64,000 nt of DNA from an uncultured delta proteobacterium (GCA_963782055.1 CAWAIF010000003.1:1472001-1536000); one strand, 5' to 3'. Numbered from the stretch's first letter, positions 20,403 to 31,200 are shown. Notes: generated by a model not told the origin, from the letters alone. Made by a program: numbers and translations.

Positions 20403-21650
20403 CAGGGTGCTGAAAAAGTCTCCCCAAAGGGGATCGACAAGCGGATCGCGGCGTGATCTAAATCGGTCATGCGAGGCGAGAACGCGAAGCAATCGTCGAT
20501 GTTGATGCTGATGTCGCCCGAGTCGCGGGTGCCGCGAGGGCACCCTCTTCGGGAGATCAAGAGGATGGCGGACGACGCGCTGGCGCAGCTCTCGCCGATC
20601 TTCGATGCGATGTACGCGGAGGGCGGGCGGCCGTCGATCCCGCCGGAACGGCTGCTCAAGTCGATGCTGCTGATGGCGCTGTACACGGTGCGGAGCGAGC
20701 GCCAGTTCTGCGAGCAGCTCGACTACAACCTGCTGTTCCGCTGGTTTCTCGACATGGACATGGTCGAGGAGAGCTTCGTGCCGACGGTCTTCACCAAGAA
20801 CCGCGACCGGCTGATCGCCCATGACGTGGCGGGCGAGTTCCTTCGCGCGGTCGTTGCCCAGGCGCGGAGCGCCAAGCTGATGAGCAGCGAGCACTTCACC
20901 GTCGACGGCACGCTCATCGAGTCGTGGGCGTCGCTCAAGAGCTTCAAGAAGAAGGGCGACGACGACAAGACGCCGCCGGACGATCCGGGCAACCCGATGG
21001 TGGACTTTCGCGGCGAGAAGCGCAGCAACAAGACGCACGAGTCGACCACCGACCCGGACGCGAAGCTCGCGCGCAAGGGCAACGGGAAGGAGGCGAAGCT
21101 CGCGTACTCGGCCCACGCGCTGATGGAGAACCGCAGCGGGCTGATCGTCGACCTGCAGATGGACGTCGCGGACGGGCACGCCGAGCGCCGCAACGCGCTG
21201 GAGATGCTGGACAACAACCTGCCTGGCTGCCGTCGGATCACGCTCGGCGCCGACAAGGGCTACGACACGCAAGACTTCATCGCGGAGTGCCGCGAGCGGA
21301 ACGTCACGCCGCACGTCGCACAGAACATCACGGAGCGACGTGGCTCGAACATCGACGAGCGCACGGCGAAGCCGGTGGGGTACGCGATCAGCCAGCGCAT
21401 CCGAAAGCGTGTCGAGGAAGTGTTCGGCTGGATCAAGACGGTCGGCAACTTCCGCAAGACTCGCTACGTCGGCCTCGGACCCAACCAGCTCGCAGCGCAC
21501 TTCCTCGCAGCCGCGTACAACCTGGTGAGGATGGCGAAGCTGGTGGAGGAGGGTTGAGACAGCAACCCGGCCGACCGCGCGACGGTCGCGGCCGAGGCAC
21601 GCGACGGGCCGAACGGCTACCATCCAGAGCGCCGATTTTTCAGCACCCTG
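20403..21650 (+). mobile_element. IS5-family insertion sequence, 1248 bp
   Basis: Terminal IRs CAGGGTGCTGAAAAA / TTTTTCAGCACCCTG; CTAG target duplication at 20399-20402 and 21651-21654. Confidence 0.95.
20469..21557 (+). CDS. IS5-family DDE transposase
   Basis: GRPSIPPERLLK..SERQ..YNLLFRWF (DUF772-like), VDGTLIESWAS, ADKGYD, RKRVEEVFGWIK. Confidence 0.95.
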   Translation: MRGENAKQSSMLMLMSPESRVPRGHPLREIKRMADDALAQLSPIFDAMYAEGGRPSIPPERLLKSMLLMALYTVRSERQFCEQLDYNLLFRWFLDMDMVEESFVPTVFTKNRDRLIAHDVAGEFLRAVVAQARSAKLMSSEHFTVDGTLIESWASLKSFKKKGDDDKTPPDDPGNPMVDFRGEKRSNKTHESTTDPDAKLARKGNGKEAKLAYSAHALMENRSGLIVDLQMDVADGHAERRNALEMLDNNLPGCRRITLGADKGYDTQDFIAECRERNVTPHVAQNITERRGSNIDERTAKPVGYAISQRIRKRVEEVFGWIKTVGNFRKTRYVGLGPNQLAAHFLAAAYNLVRMAKLVEEG

Positions 21651-22484
21651 CTAGGGGCTCGTCGTTGACCCCCCGTCGCTCATCCCCCGATGCGGCAAGA
21701 CGATCGAGGCTGGTCGCGCAAGTGGGTAACCAGAAAACGGGCCGATAGATAGCCTCATGTAGTGATCCTCTACGCACTTCTTCTCCGTAATGGAGACTTG
21801 CGCAGGGGCATAGGTTGGAATCCGCTGAACGCTGACGATGTCAACGAACCGAACCCGCCCGGTCGGAAGAAAGTAGAGCATCAGGCCCCACGCAGCAGGG
21901 GGCTCGCCCGTTCGGGCGCATTCGTCCGGGGTAGGAAGCCGCTGAGCCGCGTCGGGTGCCACCAGCGGAATAGGTACGCAATCACGCAGCTCATCATCTG
22001 TCGGCGCCGTTGTCAGGACGTGCACGCCGACCAGACGCGGTTCCTGTCCGAGTTTCCCATCCACAGGGTAGACAGGGTAGACAACCGTACCTTCCGCAAT
22101 GACGCGACCAGAGCAGGACGCCTCCTCCCCGTCGGCGAATTGCACGGGTAGCTCGCCAATGTAACTGCCACTGGCCGTGTGCGACAACTCCCCCTCCACT
22201 GCAATGTGGTCTTTGACGCCAGGTTCCAGTCCGATTTGTCTGGATACGTGGAAGCAGTTGGAATGAGCACGACGGAAAACTTGGTGACGACAGGGGCCGG
22301 ACGACTTGACACCAATCGACGGTTGCGGTACCGACTTCTCCCCGCTCCCAGTGTCTTGACCCGCGTCGAGGCCAAGCGACGACGAATGGTCCGTGCTCTC
22401 GCAAGAATTCGCCCAGCAGAGCAAGCCGGCTGCCAGCGCGATTTGCATGGCACAACGGGACATGTGTGGCGTAATCGCAATCAT
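21651..22484 (-). CDS. Cys-rich putative lipoprotein, candidate immunity protein of the RHS toxin
   Basis: ATG 22484 lies 4 nt after the toxin stop; MQIALAAGLLCWANSC signal-like segment; start may instead be one of the next two Met codons. Confidence 0.6.
   Translation of the reverse strand: MIAITPHMSRCAMQIALAAGLLCWANSCESTDHSSSLGLDAGQDTGSGEKSVPQPSIGVKSSGPCRHQVFRRAHSNCFHVSRQIGLEPGVKDHIAVEGELSHTASGSYIGELPVQFADGEEASCSGRVIAEGTVVYPVYPVDGKLGQEPRLVGVHVLTTAPTDDELRDCVPIPLVAPDAAQRLPTPDECARTGEPPAAWGLMLYFLPTGRVRFVDIVSVQRIPTYAPAQVSITEKKCVEDHYMRLSIGPFSGYPLARPASIVLPHRGMSDGGSTTSP
21826..21859 (+). repeat. Direct repeat copy 2 (partner at 19269..19302)
   Basis: Encodes RVRFVDIV on the minus strand within the candidate immunity gene. 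Confidence 0.9.
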
Positions 22485-25400
22485 CCATCTACCACGGCAG
22501 TGTCCCCGGGGTGCCGTGCGGGGCATCGGTGCTATACGGACGGAGAAATCGATAGCCGACGATATATCCGTAGTGCTCTCCGGGAAGGTTCTCCCTGGAC
22601 TCGTCATTATCGCTTGGCCATGCCTTGTACATGCTCGGGTCCCAGTTGTTCGGATGGGTGTGAAGAGACCCAACGGACGACCAGGCGGTGCCCCAAAAAC
22701 CGACGAGCACGTCGGCGTCCGCAATGTTGTAGGCGTCATTCTTGCGTTCGTTAACGTTGTCCGGTGAGCGTCCAGGAACGCCGAAGGTGTCGCAGTCCGC
22801 CGCGGCTTGCCCCTGCGCCTTAGGGTCTCCTCTCCGATAGGCGCCATAAACATAGCCCCAGCCTGCAAGCGTTGGCACCCGATAGAGCCGTGCGCCATTT
22901 TCCACGCCATATGTCTGGCCGAGCCACCACAGGTCTCCTGCAGCTCCCTGGGCTGCCGCATCGGGAGTCAAGTACACCTGCCAAGGCTTCCGGCCGTCCG
23001 GATCGATGCAGTTCACCGGGTCATTCCCGCAGTACGCGTAGAAGTTCAGCCCGCCGCCGAAGCGGATCGGGTCCTTGCTCAGCCAGCGGTGCTCCCAGCC
23101 ACTGTAGTCCCGTGCGCCCATGTGGTAAATCGCCGGGTAGTAATCGACCAGGCCGCCGGCGAAGCCGAAGGGCTGGTAAACGAGCGCCGGGCCGGTCATC
23201 GCGCCGAAGTCGTTGTAGTAGGTGTATGGGCCCTCGATGATGTTGCCGGGTGTTCCGCCGCACGCCGGGCCGCTCAGGCAAATGACTGCGCGCGCCGTGC
23301 CGACGCCGTCGCTGACGATGCGCAGGATGCTACCATCGGCACGGTAGACCAGATCCGGGATGTTCTGCTTCGTCACGTAGGCGAAGTGGGCCGTGACGGC
23401 CCCGCTGCTGTCCAGGGTCGCGATGACTCGGTCGCCCTGGTAGAGGTACCCCGCGCTCTCGGCACCGGGCGGCTGGCTGCCGCTGCTCGTGCGGAAGACG
23501 AGGCGCCCCTGCCCGTCGACGGCGTAGTTGAGCGTCACGTTGCTGGATGGATCGGAGTAGTGACGGAGGTTGCCGAGGGGATCGTAGCCGAAAGTCTGGG
23601 TCTGCCCGCCTCGGTGGCGGTTGACGGCCTCGCCGTTGGAGGAGTAGTCCCAGGTCCAGTACCCGTCATTGATGAGCCGATCCTGCGCGTCGTAGGTCCA
23701 CGCGTTCCCGTTGCCGCCGTTGCCGTCGGCGTCATACGGAGTGTTCACGGGGGGAGTCGAGCAGCCGGAGGTGGTGGAGTAGGCGAGGAAGGTCTTGTAG
23801 GTGGTGTCGTAGTGGTAGGTCGTGACACAGGCGGTGCCGTTGTTGAAGGTCTCGCGCTTCGTCGCCACGCGGCCGCTGGCAGGATCGCGAGTGTAGACCA
23901 GAGCATACCGCGGCTGAGCATCGTAGGTGATGGTGTCGGTGAGCAACGCCCCGTACCGGTCGTAGGTGAAGTCCTCGTGGAGGAGATCCGTGTCCGTACT
24001 CGCGAGCATGCGGTTGTAGCCTTGCGCGCCGCGGTTGAGCGTCATGGTCATGATGCCGCCCACATCCACCGCGCTCAGCGCGCCGTCGCCGTCCCGGTCG
24101 AAGGTGTAGCCGAGGGCACCGTCGATGTCGCGCGTGTGCAGCCTGCCGTAGCCGTCGTACCCGTAGTTGACGCTGCGCGTGGCGCTGGGCGAGGTGAGCC
24201 CGTAGGTCTCCTGCGTCAGCATCGAGCCGTCGTAGCTGTAGGTGAGATTGACCTGGCCGTTGTCGAGGGTATGCAGCTGCCCCGTCGACAGGTACGTGTA
24301 CTGGTTGGTCACGGTGCCGGTGAACGGTGCGAAGTAGCTCGCGGTGGACGGACGTCCGGCGCCGTCATACGCATAGCTCACGGTGCGACCCGGTTCCTGC
24401 ATGCTCGTCATGAGGCCATCCAGGTCGTAAAGGTAGCTGGTCGGACCGGTGGCGCCAACGGACGGCGGCGTGTAGGTGTCGAGCAGGTCCAGAGGGGTCG
24501 CGGAGAACTGGTGCCACTTTCCCGCGGGGGTGTCTGCCCACGTTACATTGCCGTTCGCGTCGTAGTACCGGAACAACGTCCGGCCAGGAATCCTGACTCG
24601 CTGGGCTCGACCCACGCCATCGAACATCGTGAAGTCGTAGGTACCAATGCCCGGCACATCGACGGAGGACACGGCCCCGGTCCACGGATCATACGTGAGC
24701 GTCGTGATGCGCGAGTTGACAGTGTACTTCCAGGGCTGTCCGGTGGGGTAGTAGTCGATCTGTACGGGGTAGAGTTCGGCGCTCGGCCCCGGCACCTTCC
24801 CCGTCACCTGGATGCTGGACGGACGCTCGTGCTGGCTGTCCAGCGTGATTTCCGTGCTGGCGCCGGCGGCGCTGGTCGCGGTGAGCTTCGACTGGCTCGA
24901 GTCGTACTGGGCGGTCGAGGTGAGGGTGTTGTTGTCGATGTCCGAGACCGTGGTGGTGTCCGTCTCGGACGTCACGTTGTCGGTCTGCGGGTCGGTGGTG
25001 ACCATGCTCGCGTTGGTGGTGGTGACCGTCTTGCTGCCGTCGATCACCACGCGCTTCGCCGGGTAGCTCGCGTTCACGCCGAACCGGGGGTCGGGGGCGT
25101 AGGTGCTGGAGATTTGGGTTCCGTCGCGGAGCGAGACGTTTTCCGATCCGTCGGCGTACGTCGTGTGGGTGGACAGCAGGCCCGCCGGATCCGTGATGGT
25201 CCGGGACTCCACCTGATTCGCTCCGTCTCCCCCGGTCGTGCCGCGCGTGGTGTCGACGGAGTAGGTGGTCGATCGGGACTCCGCCGTGGTCAGCGCGACG
25301 TTCCATCCGCTGCCCGTCACCGGCATCGAACGCGCCAGGGTGACCCCGGGCGAGCTCTGCGGGTTCTTGTCGTTGGTCAGTAGGCCGAAGCTGTCGTATG

Positions 25401-28400
25401 TGAAGTGGTGGTGCTGGCCCTTCGCGTCGGTCAGGTCGGTGAGCAGGCCACCCGTGCCATAGCCGAGCTGGATCGTCTCGTTGTTGGCGTTGACGACTCC
25501 CGCGAGGTAGAGCGTGCCGCCGTAGTCTTGGAATTCCAGAGTCGTCGGCTCGTTACTCGCGATCCCGGTCGCTGGCGTGATGGTCTTGCAGTCGTCGAAA
25601 CCGCAGGACAAGCCGGTGTCGGTGATCTGCGTGACGTTGCCGTAGTCATCCGTGATCGAGGACAACACGCCCGAGGTGTACGCGAGGGTCTCGAGCGGCA
25701 CGCCTCGGTAGCGGCTGAGGGTGGCGACGTGCTGCCCGCTGCTGTCGAACTTGTAAATGGCGGAGCCGTCGGGGCTCAACAGGCGGTAGCCCGTGATAGG
25801 GTCCGGTGTGCCGAGGGGCTGCAAGGCCCTGACGATCGTGCCCGTGTTGCCGTCGCCGCCGGGTTCACGGCTGGTGTAGAGCAGCGATCCGTCCTGCCCG
25901 TCGGCCAGTCCCACCAGCTCCGAGCCGCCGCCGTGACCGCCGCCCGTGGCAGGCGCGCCGTCCACGTAGGCGATCGTATTCTGCCCGTTGTTGACGATGC
26001 AGCTGCTACCTACCACCGTTGACATGGTCCCGTCTGGCTCGATCCGGCGCACTGCAGCCTGGTCCTTGTCGGCGATGTACAGCGCTCCGGCCTTCCACAG
26101 GAGCCGCTGGGGCGCGCCGAGGGGCGCTAGCGTTGCCGCGTTCCCGTCGCCCCAGTCATGAGGGCAGGTGTATTCACCGACACCGTAGTCGAATCCGTTG
26201 CCGCCCGCGGCGACGTGCAGCTTCCCATCGGTCGAGACACGAAACACCACCGCGCGACCGAAGGAGCTCAAGGCGTTCTCGGAGAAGTAGACGTCGCCAT
26301 TCGGGGCGACGGCCACGCCTTCGACGTCCTCTAGCGCATAGCTCGTCGCGGGCTTTCCCGCCATCGTGGCGAGGTCCGCCAGGTTGCCATTCCCAGAGCC
26401 GGCGATCGTCTCCAAAACGCCGTCAGTCCGTACGCGCCGGACCTCTGACTCCACCTTCCCGCGGTTATCGACGAACACGACGCTGCCATCGGGGGCGGTG
26501 GTGATCGCGCTCACGGTGTTCAGGGAGGCCGCCGTTGCCAGGCCCCCGGCGGCCTCGAAGTGCCCATCCGTTCGGCAGCCGAGCTGGGAAGGCCGCGCGT
26601 CGCCGGCGAGCACCGTCGTGTGAGCGCTGCTCCAATGGGGTGGATTGTCCGTCGGGGCGTCCACGTGGAGCACGTCGCATGCGCCTCCGACGAGCACCGC
26701 GCCGTCCCGCGACGGAGCCACGGCCTGGCCGTTCACGTACACGCTCCCGAGGTTCGTGCCGTTGCTCGGCACCGGTGGGGCGCCGGCATCGACGCTCGAC
26801 ACGATCGTGTTGCCGGGAAACGCCCTCACCGCGCCGCTGTAGAGTCCGATGTCGGCGGCGAGTATGGTTCCGTTGCTGTCGCTCGTGGCCGTCAGCCCTC
26901 CCAGCTGATCCGAGGTGTCCTCCTGCCGCACCATGTCCGGGAGCTCGGTCGCGGTTCGCTTCTCTCCGTACCCCGTCCAGAGCGTCCCGCTGCTCGGCTC
27001 GTACACGTGCTCCGCGCTCAAGGTCCAGCCCCCGAAGCCGAGCGGCTGCGCGTCCAGCGCGTCCAGGTGCACGTCGTAGTCGCGGCGGAGGAAGATCAGC
27101 CGCTCGTTGCGGTTGCCGTCCACGATCACGTCGCCACCGGTCCCGTAGGAGCCGAAGGTGGGGGTGAGTCCCGACGGGGTCGCCGGGTACGCGTAGGCCA
27201 CGCGGACGTGGGCCACGACCGAGCCCTGGATCGGGCGGCCGTACGCGTCCTCGCGGTTCCACGCCCACGAGATGGACTGGTTCTTCTGCGGCACGCCATT
27301 CTTCGTCACATCCAGGTTCGTGAAGAGGGCACGCTGGCCCGCCACGTCGATCTCCACCTCCGCGTAGTTTGGGGCAGGACTCAGCGTGGTGTCATCGGTG
27401 TACGGGACCGTGATGACGGGGTGGAAGCCCCGCTGCGTCTCGCTCCGGTAGTGCAGGCTGTAGGGAGTGCCGGCGATCGGGATGTCCTCGCCCAACACCT
27501 GGTTCTCGCACTCGATGATGGATCCGTGGTGCTTGCAGCCCTTGTCCTTGGATGTGCTCTTGGAGGGACTCAGGTTGGGCGGAGGCTTCGCGCCCGCCTC
27601 CGGCCCGGCGGACCAGTTGAGGTCCAGGCCGGAGAAGTGCGGCATCGGGACGCGCCAGACCTGCTTCTTGTTGGCGTTGGGGTAGACCGTCGCGAGCTCC
27701 TGGCGCTCTCCATCGGTGATGGGCGGCGACTCCAGGGAGTAATCGCTGATCTCGGTCGTGCAGCCGGTGGTCCCGCGCCCTAGCTGCGCCTTCGGGGGGT
27801 TGCCGCCGTCCAGGCCGATGATGCAGTAGACCCTGCCGTTCATCTCCGGCTGCCAGACGCCACGGGATCGATCGTAGCTGCCCGTGGGTATCACGTTCTT
27901 GTAATGACCGTGGCCGTCCACGTCCGTGTCGTCCATCGAGACGCCGGTGAAGTTGTCCAGGTAGAAGAAGACGTCGTGATTGAAGTGGACGGTCGCGTCG
28001 CCGGCCTCGAGCATCGCCGCCTCGAACGCGTAGGTGTAGGCGCTCTGCGGCGGTAGCTCCCCGGGAAGTGCCAGCCGGCCCTCGGACCCCACGGTGTACT
28101 CCGTGACGTGCATGGTCACGGTGGCCCCGCAGTTTGGACATTCCTGCTGATTCACCGTCGTGCCCGGCGGTATCAAGATCGTCGCGGTCCTCTGCGTATC
28201 CAAGTCGGTGTGCGGGTTGCCCTGGACGACCTGCCAGCCGCCGGCGTTGAGGGCGATCGACGTGGTGTTCTCCGGCTTCGTGAGGGCGATGTCCGGGAGC
28301 ACGCTCCAGTCGAGCCACCGCGTCTCCGCGCGCCGCTGGACCGTGAGGTACGCGGGGCTGTTCACGTGGTCCGACAGCTCCACCACGTACGTGGTCCCGC

Positions 28401-28836
28401 CGTTCACGGCCATGTCGAACCAGCCGTCCGCCCGCGTCTGGGTCGTGCCGTACTCCGGGTGGTTCAGGATGCTCACGGTGATGTCCCCGAGGTTGACGAG
28501 CGGATTATCGCGCTCGACGACGTGCCCGCGGATGATGGAGACGTGGCTCTTCACCATGTTCGCCGTGACGCCGGTCTGGATCTGGCTGACCGCGTCGAGC
28601 ATGCCCTGCCCGATGTCGCTCGGGACCGTGCCGCCGCCCGGGTAAGGAGTGACCCCGTTCACCCCGTTCGGCACCCCGCAGCCCTGCATGGGCGTGTTCA
28701 CGGGGTGCCCGTCGACGCAGGTATCGGTCGTGCAGGAGTTGCCGTCGTTTACCGGCACGTCCCCTCCGGTGATCTGCTGCCCGCTCTCGTTGCAGTAGGT
28801 GACCTGGTAGGCGTTGCCGTTGCACTCCGTCCCGAT

Positions 28837-30352
28837 GTGTCTGCTTAGCGGTGTCGCACACTGTGGGTCCATTCTTCGTTCCTGATGCGAGAAGTTCTTT
28901 CCATGGGACCTGATCGGGAGCATCCCGGATCACGTGACGCCCGAGCAGCGGATCCAGGAGCTGGAGCAGGAGAACGCCGCGCTTCGCGAGGAGCTGGCGA
29001 AGCTGCGCAAGGAGATCGAGGAGTGGAAGCGGGGGTTCCGCGAGCGCGGGAAGCGGCGGACGTCGCGTTCCGAGGGTCGGCGGGCGGCCTCGGGCAAGCC
29101 ACGCGGCCGCAAGGCGGGCCATGTCGGATCGCGGCCCGCCGCACCGGCCCACGTCGACGACGAAGTCGTGCACGAGATGCCGGCGACGTGCAGCTGTGGC
29201 GGGGCAGTCGTGGCGACGGGCGAGACGGACAGCACAGTCGTCACCGACATCCCAGTGGTGCAGCCGCGGCAGACGCATCACGTGGCGCACGTCGGCAGCT
29301 GCGAGGTGTGCCACAAGCGCGTGGTCGCGAAGCTGCCGGGCGCGCCGGCCGCGGGCAAGAGCGTCGCCGCGGTGTCGTTCGGCCCCAACGTGCAGGCGAT
29401 GGCGCTGGACCTGCGCTTCGAGCGCGACATGCCGCTGGGCAAGATCAGTGCGTTCCTCGGACAGTGGCTCGGCATCTCGATCACGACCGGCGGCCTGGCG
29501 CAGATGTTCGACCGATTGCGACGCCGCTCGGCGCCGAGCTACGACGAGCTGGTCGACGCGGTGCGCGCATCGCCCGTGGCGGGCCTCGACGAGAGCGGCC
29601 ATCGACAGGACGGCGTGCCGGGTTGGATGTGGCTGATGCGCACCGACCGCGTCTCGGTCTTCCGCGCCGAGCTGTCGCGCGGCGCGTGGGTCGCCGAGTC
29701 GATGCTCGGCGCGAGCTTCAAAGGCGTCCTGTGCACCGACTTCTACGGCGTGTACACGAGTCACGACGGCTGGACCCACGCCTACTGCGGTGCGCACACC
29801 ATCCGCGAGGCGAAGAAGATCGCCGAGCTCACCCCGTGCGCCGCGACCGAGGAGTTCCGCGACCGACTCATCGGCTTCTACGTCGCGGGCAAGCACGCCG
29901 CGGCGAGCGGCGATCCCGAGCAGCGCCGAGGCGCGCGCATCCGCCTCGGCCATCTCATCAGCAGCACCAACTTCGTGGAGTTCCCGGACATCGTCCGGCT
30001 GCAGGAGCGCCTCGACGAGCACAAGGTGGGGGTGACGCTCTTCATCGACCGCCCCGACGTCCCGGCCACGAACAACGCGACCGAACGCGACATCCGCGCC
30101 CACGGGCGGCACCGCGCGATGACCGGCGGCACGCGCTCGGCCGCCGGCAGCGCCACCCTGGCGCACTGGATGAGCATCACGCAGACGCGGCGCAAGTGCC
30201 GGCTCCCGCTTCGGGGCTTCGTCATCGGGCTGTACGAAAGTCACCTCCACGGCAAGCCGCCTCCGTCTGTCTTTGCCCACTAGCCGGCGAGTCCTCCGAC
30301 GGTCGACGTCACGCCCGGGCCGCGGGCCGTCTTCCGGCCGCTAAGCAGAGAC
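28837..30352 (+). mobile_element. IS66-family insertion sequence (single-ORF, ISBst12-like), 1516 bp
   Basis: IRs GTGTCTGCTTAGCGG / CCGCTAAGCAGAGAC (14/15); 8-bp target duplication GTCCCGAT at 28829-28836 and 30353-30360. Confidence 0.95.
28934..30283 (+). CDS. IS66-family transposase
   Basis: N-terminal coiled coil, GRKAGHVG, Zn-finger Cys pairs, LDESG, TDFYGVY, CGAHTIRE, TNNATERDIR. Confidence 0.95.
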   Translation: MTPEQRIQELEQENAALREELAKLRKEIEEWKRGFRERGKRRTSRSEGRRAASGKPRGRKAGHVGSRPAAPAHVDDEVVHEMPATCSCGGAVVATGETDSTVVTDIPVVQPRQTHHVAHVGSCEVCHKRVVAKLPGAPAAGKSVAAVSFGPNVQAMALDLRFERDMPLGKISAFLGQWLGISITTGGLAQMFDRLRRRSAPSYDELVDAVRASPVAGLDESGHRQDGVPGWMWLMRTDRVSVFRAELSRGAWVAESMLGASFKGVLCTDFYGVYTSHDGWTHAYCGAHTIREAKKIAELTPCAATEEFRDRLIGFYVAGKHAAASGDPEQRRGARIRLGHLISSTNFVEFPDIVRLQERLDEHKVGVTLFIDRPDVPATNNATERDIRAHGRHRAMTGGTRSAAGSATLAHWMSITQTRRKCRLPLRGFVIGLYESHLHGKPPPSVFAH

Positions 30353-31093
30353 GTCCCGATGACGGTGCCTGCCGGGACCAGCTCCGAGTTGTCGATCACC
30401 CCGTTGACGCACTTGTCCACGGTGCAGGGGTCGCCATCGTCGGCGTTGAAGTCCACGTCGGCCTCCACCTGAGCGGACTCCACTCCGGGCTGCGTAACGC
30501 CCGCTGAGAGCTCGAGGTACGACGTCGTCGTCGGACTTCCCGCGGAAAGCGCGTTCGTGCAGATCGTGAGGGGTAGCGGGTTGGTCTCCAGCCCCGTCTC
30601 CTGCGTGCGCCCGTATGTGCAGTAACCCCCTTCGACCGTGAACGTGGCCCAGATCGAGTCGCCAGCCTGGACGTTGGCGCTGACGACGTTCACGGTTGCG
30701 GGCACCAGGACATGCCGCTCGCTGCCCAGCGATAGGTAGTAGCTGCCGTTGCCGGACCATGCCAGAATCCCCTGATTCCCGCAGGCGGCGGCGAGCGGGC
30801 TCTGCGTGCTGGCCGTCTGCTCGTCGGGGGAACCGCCGCACGAGAGGCCGATCATCACCGCGAGGATCAGCATCGCCGTCGAACGCCCGGAGATGCGCAG
30901 CTTCGTGAGTGCCATGACTCCCTCCTCCCCGGCGACTGTGCGCGTCCGCGGGGGCCGGCGTCAACCCAGTTAGATCCTGCGACACTACGTTGTTGCACAT
31001 GGATGTGTCTGAATGGGCTCGGCGCTCGGGTGACGATATTGGTCAATAATATCGGGAGATGAGATACGAGTGCTCGGCAATCTGTCACAACCA

Positions 31094-31113
31094 TCTACTC
31101 CCTAGGGAGTAGA
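31094..31113. promoter_or_regulatory. Perfect 20-bp palindrome, probable transcription-factor operator
   Basis: TCTACTCCCTAGGGAGTAGA in the AT-richer divergent intergenic region between the toxin gene and the RCC1 gene. Confidence 0.6.
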
Positions 31114-31200
31114 GGCATCCGTTCAGGTGGACGCCGTGCCACGGCCGGTCGCGGTGGATAGATGGGCGCGACGCGTGGTACCGCGTGGTACTCTCGGGCC

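Larger units (their letters stand above)
22489..30915 (-). pseudogene. IS66-interrupted teneurin-like RHS/YD lipoprotein toxin with JAB/MPN-like C-terminal domain (2300 aa restored)
   Basis: Removing the IS and one TSD joins ...PAGTVIGT to ECNGNAY in frame (563+6340=6903 nt); lipobox GLSC; TRADGWFDMAVNGG, GGWTLSAEH, NHL repeats, YD repeats, DPIRFGGGLNFYAYCGNDPVNCIDPDG core end, HTHP..PSDND tip. Confidence 0.92.

Noticed and set aside
22485..22961. Upstream extension of the 436-aa ORF 21651..22961
   Set aside because: Overlaps the toxin tip in another frame; start reassigned to just after the toxin stop
22489..28923. 2144-aa ORF taken as a complete native gene
   Set aside because: Its first ~29 codons come from the IS66 end; the native start is at 30915
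18974..31200. Toxin island as a prophage or integrative element
   Set aside because: No integrase, tRNA, att-like flanking repeats or phage genes seen; only two IS elements
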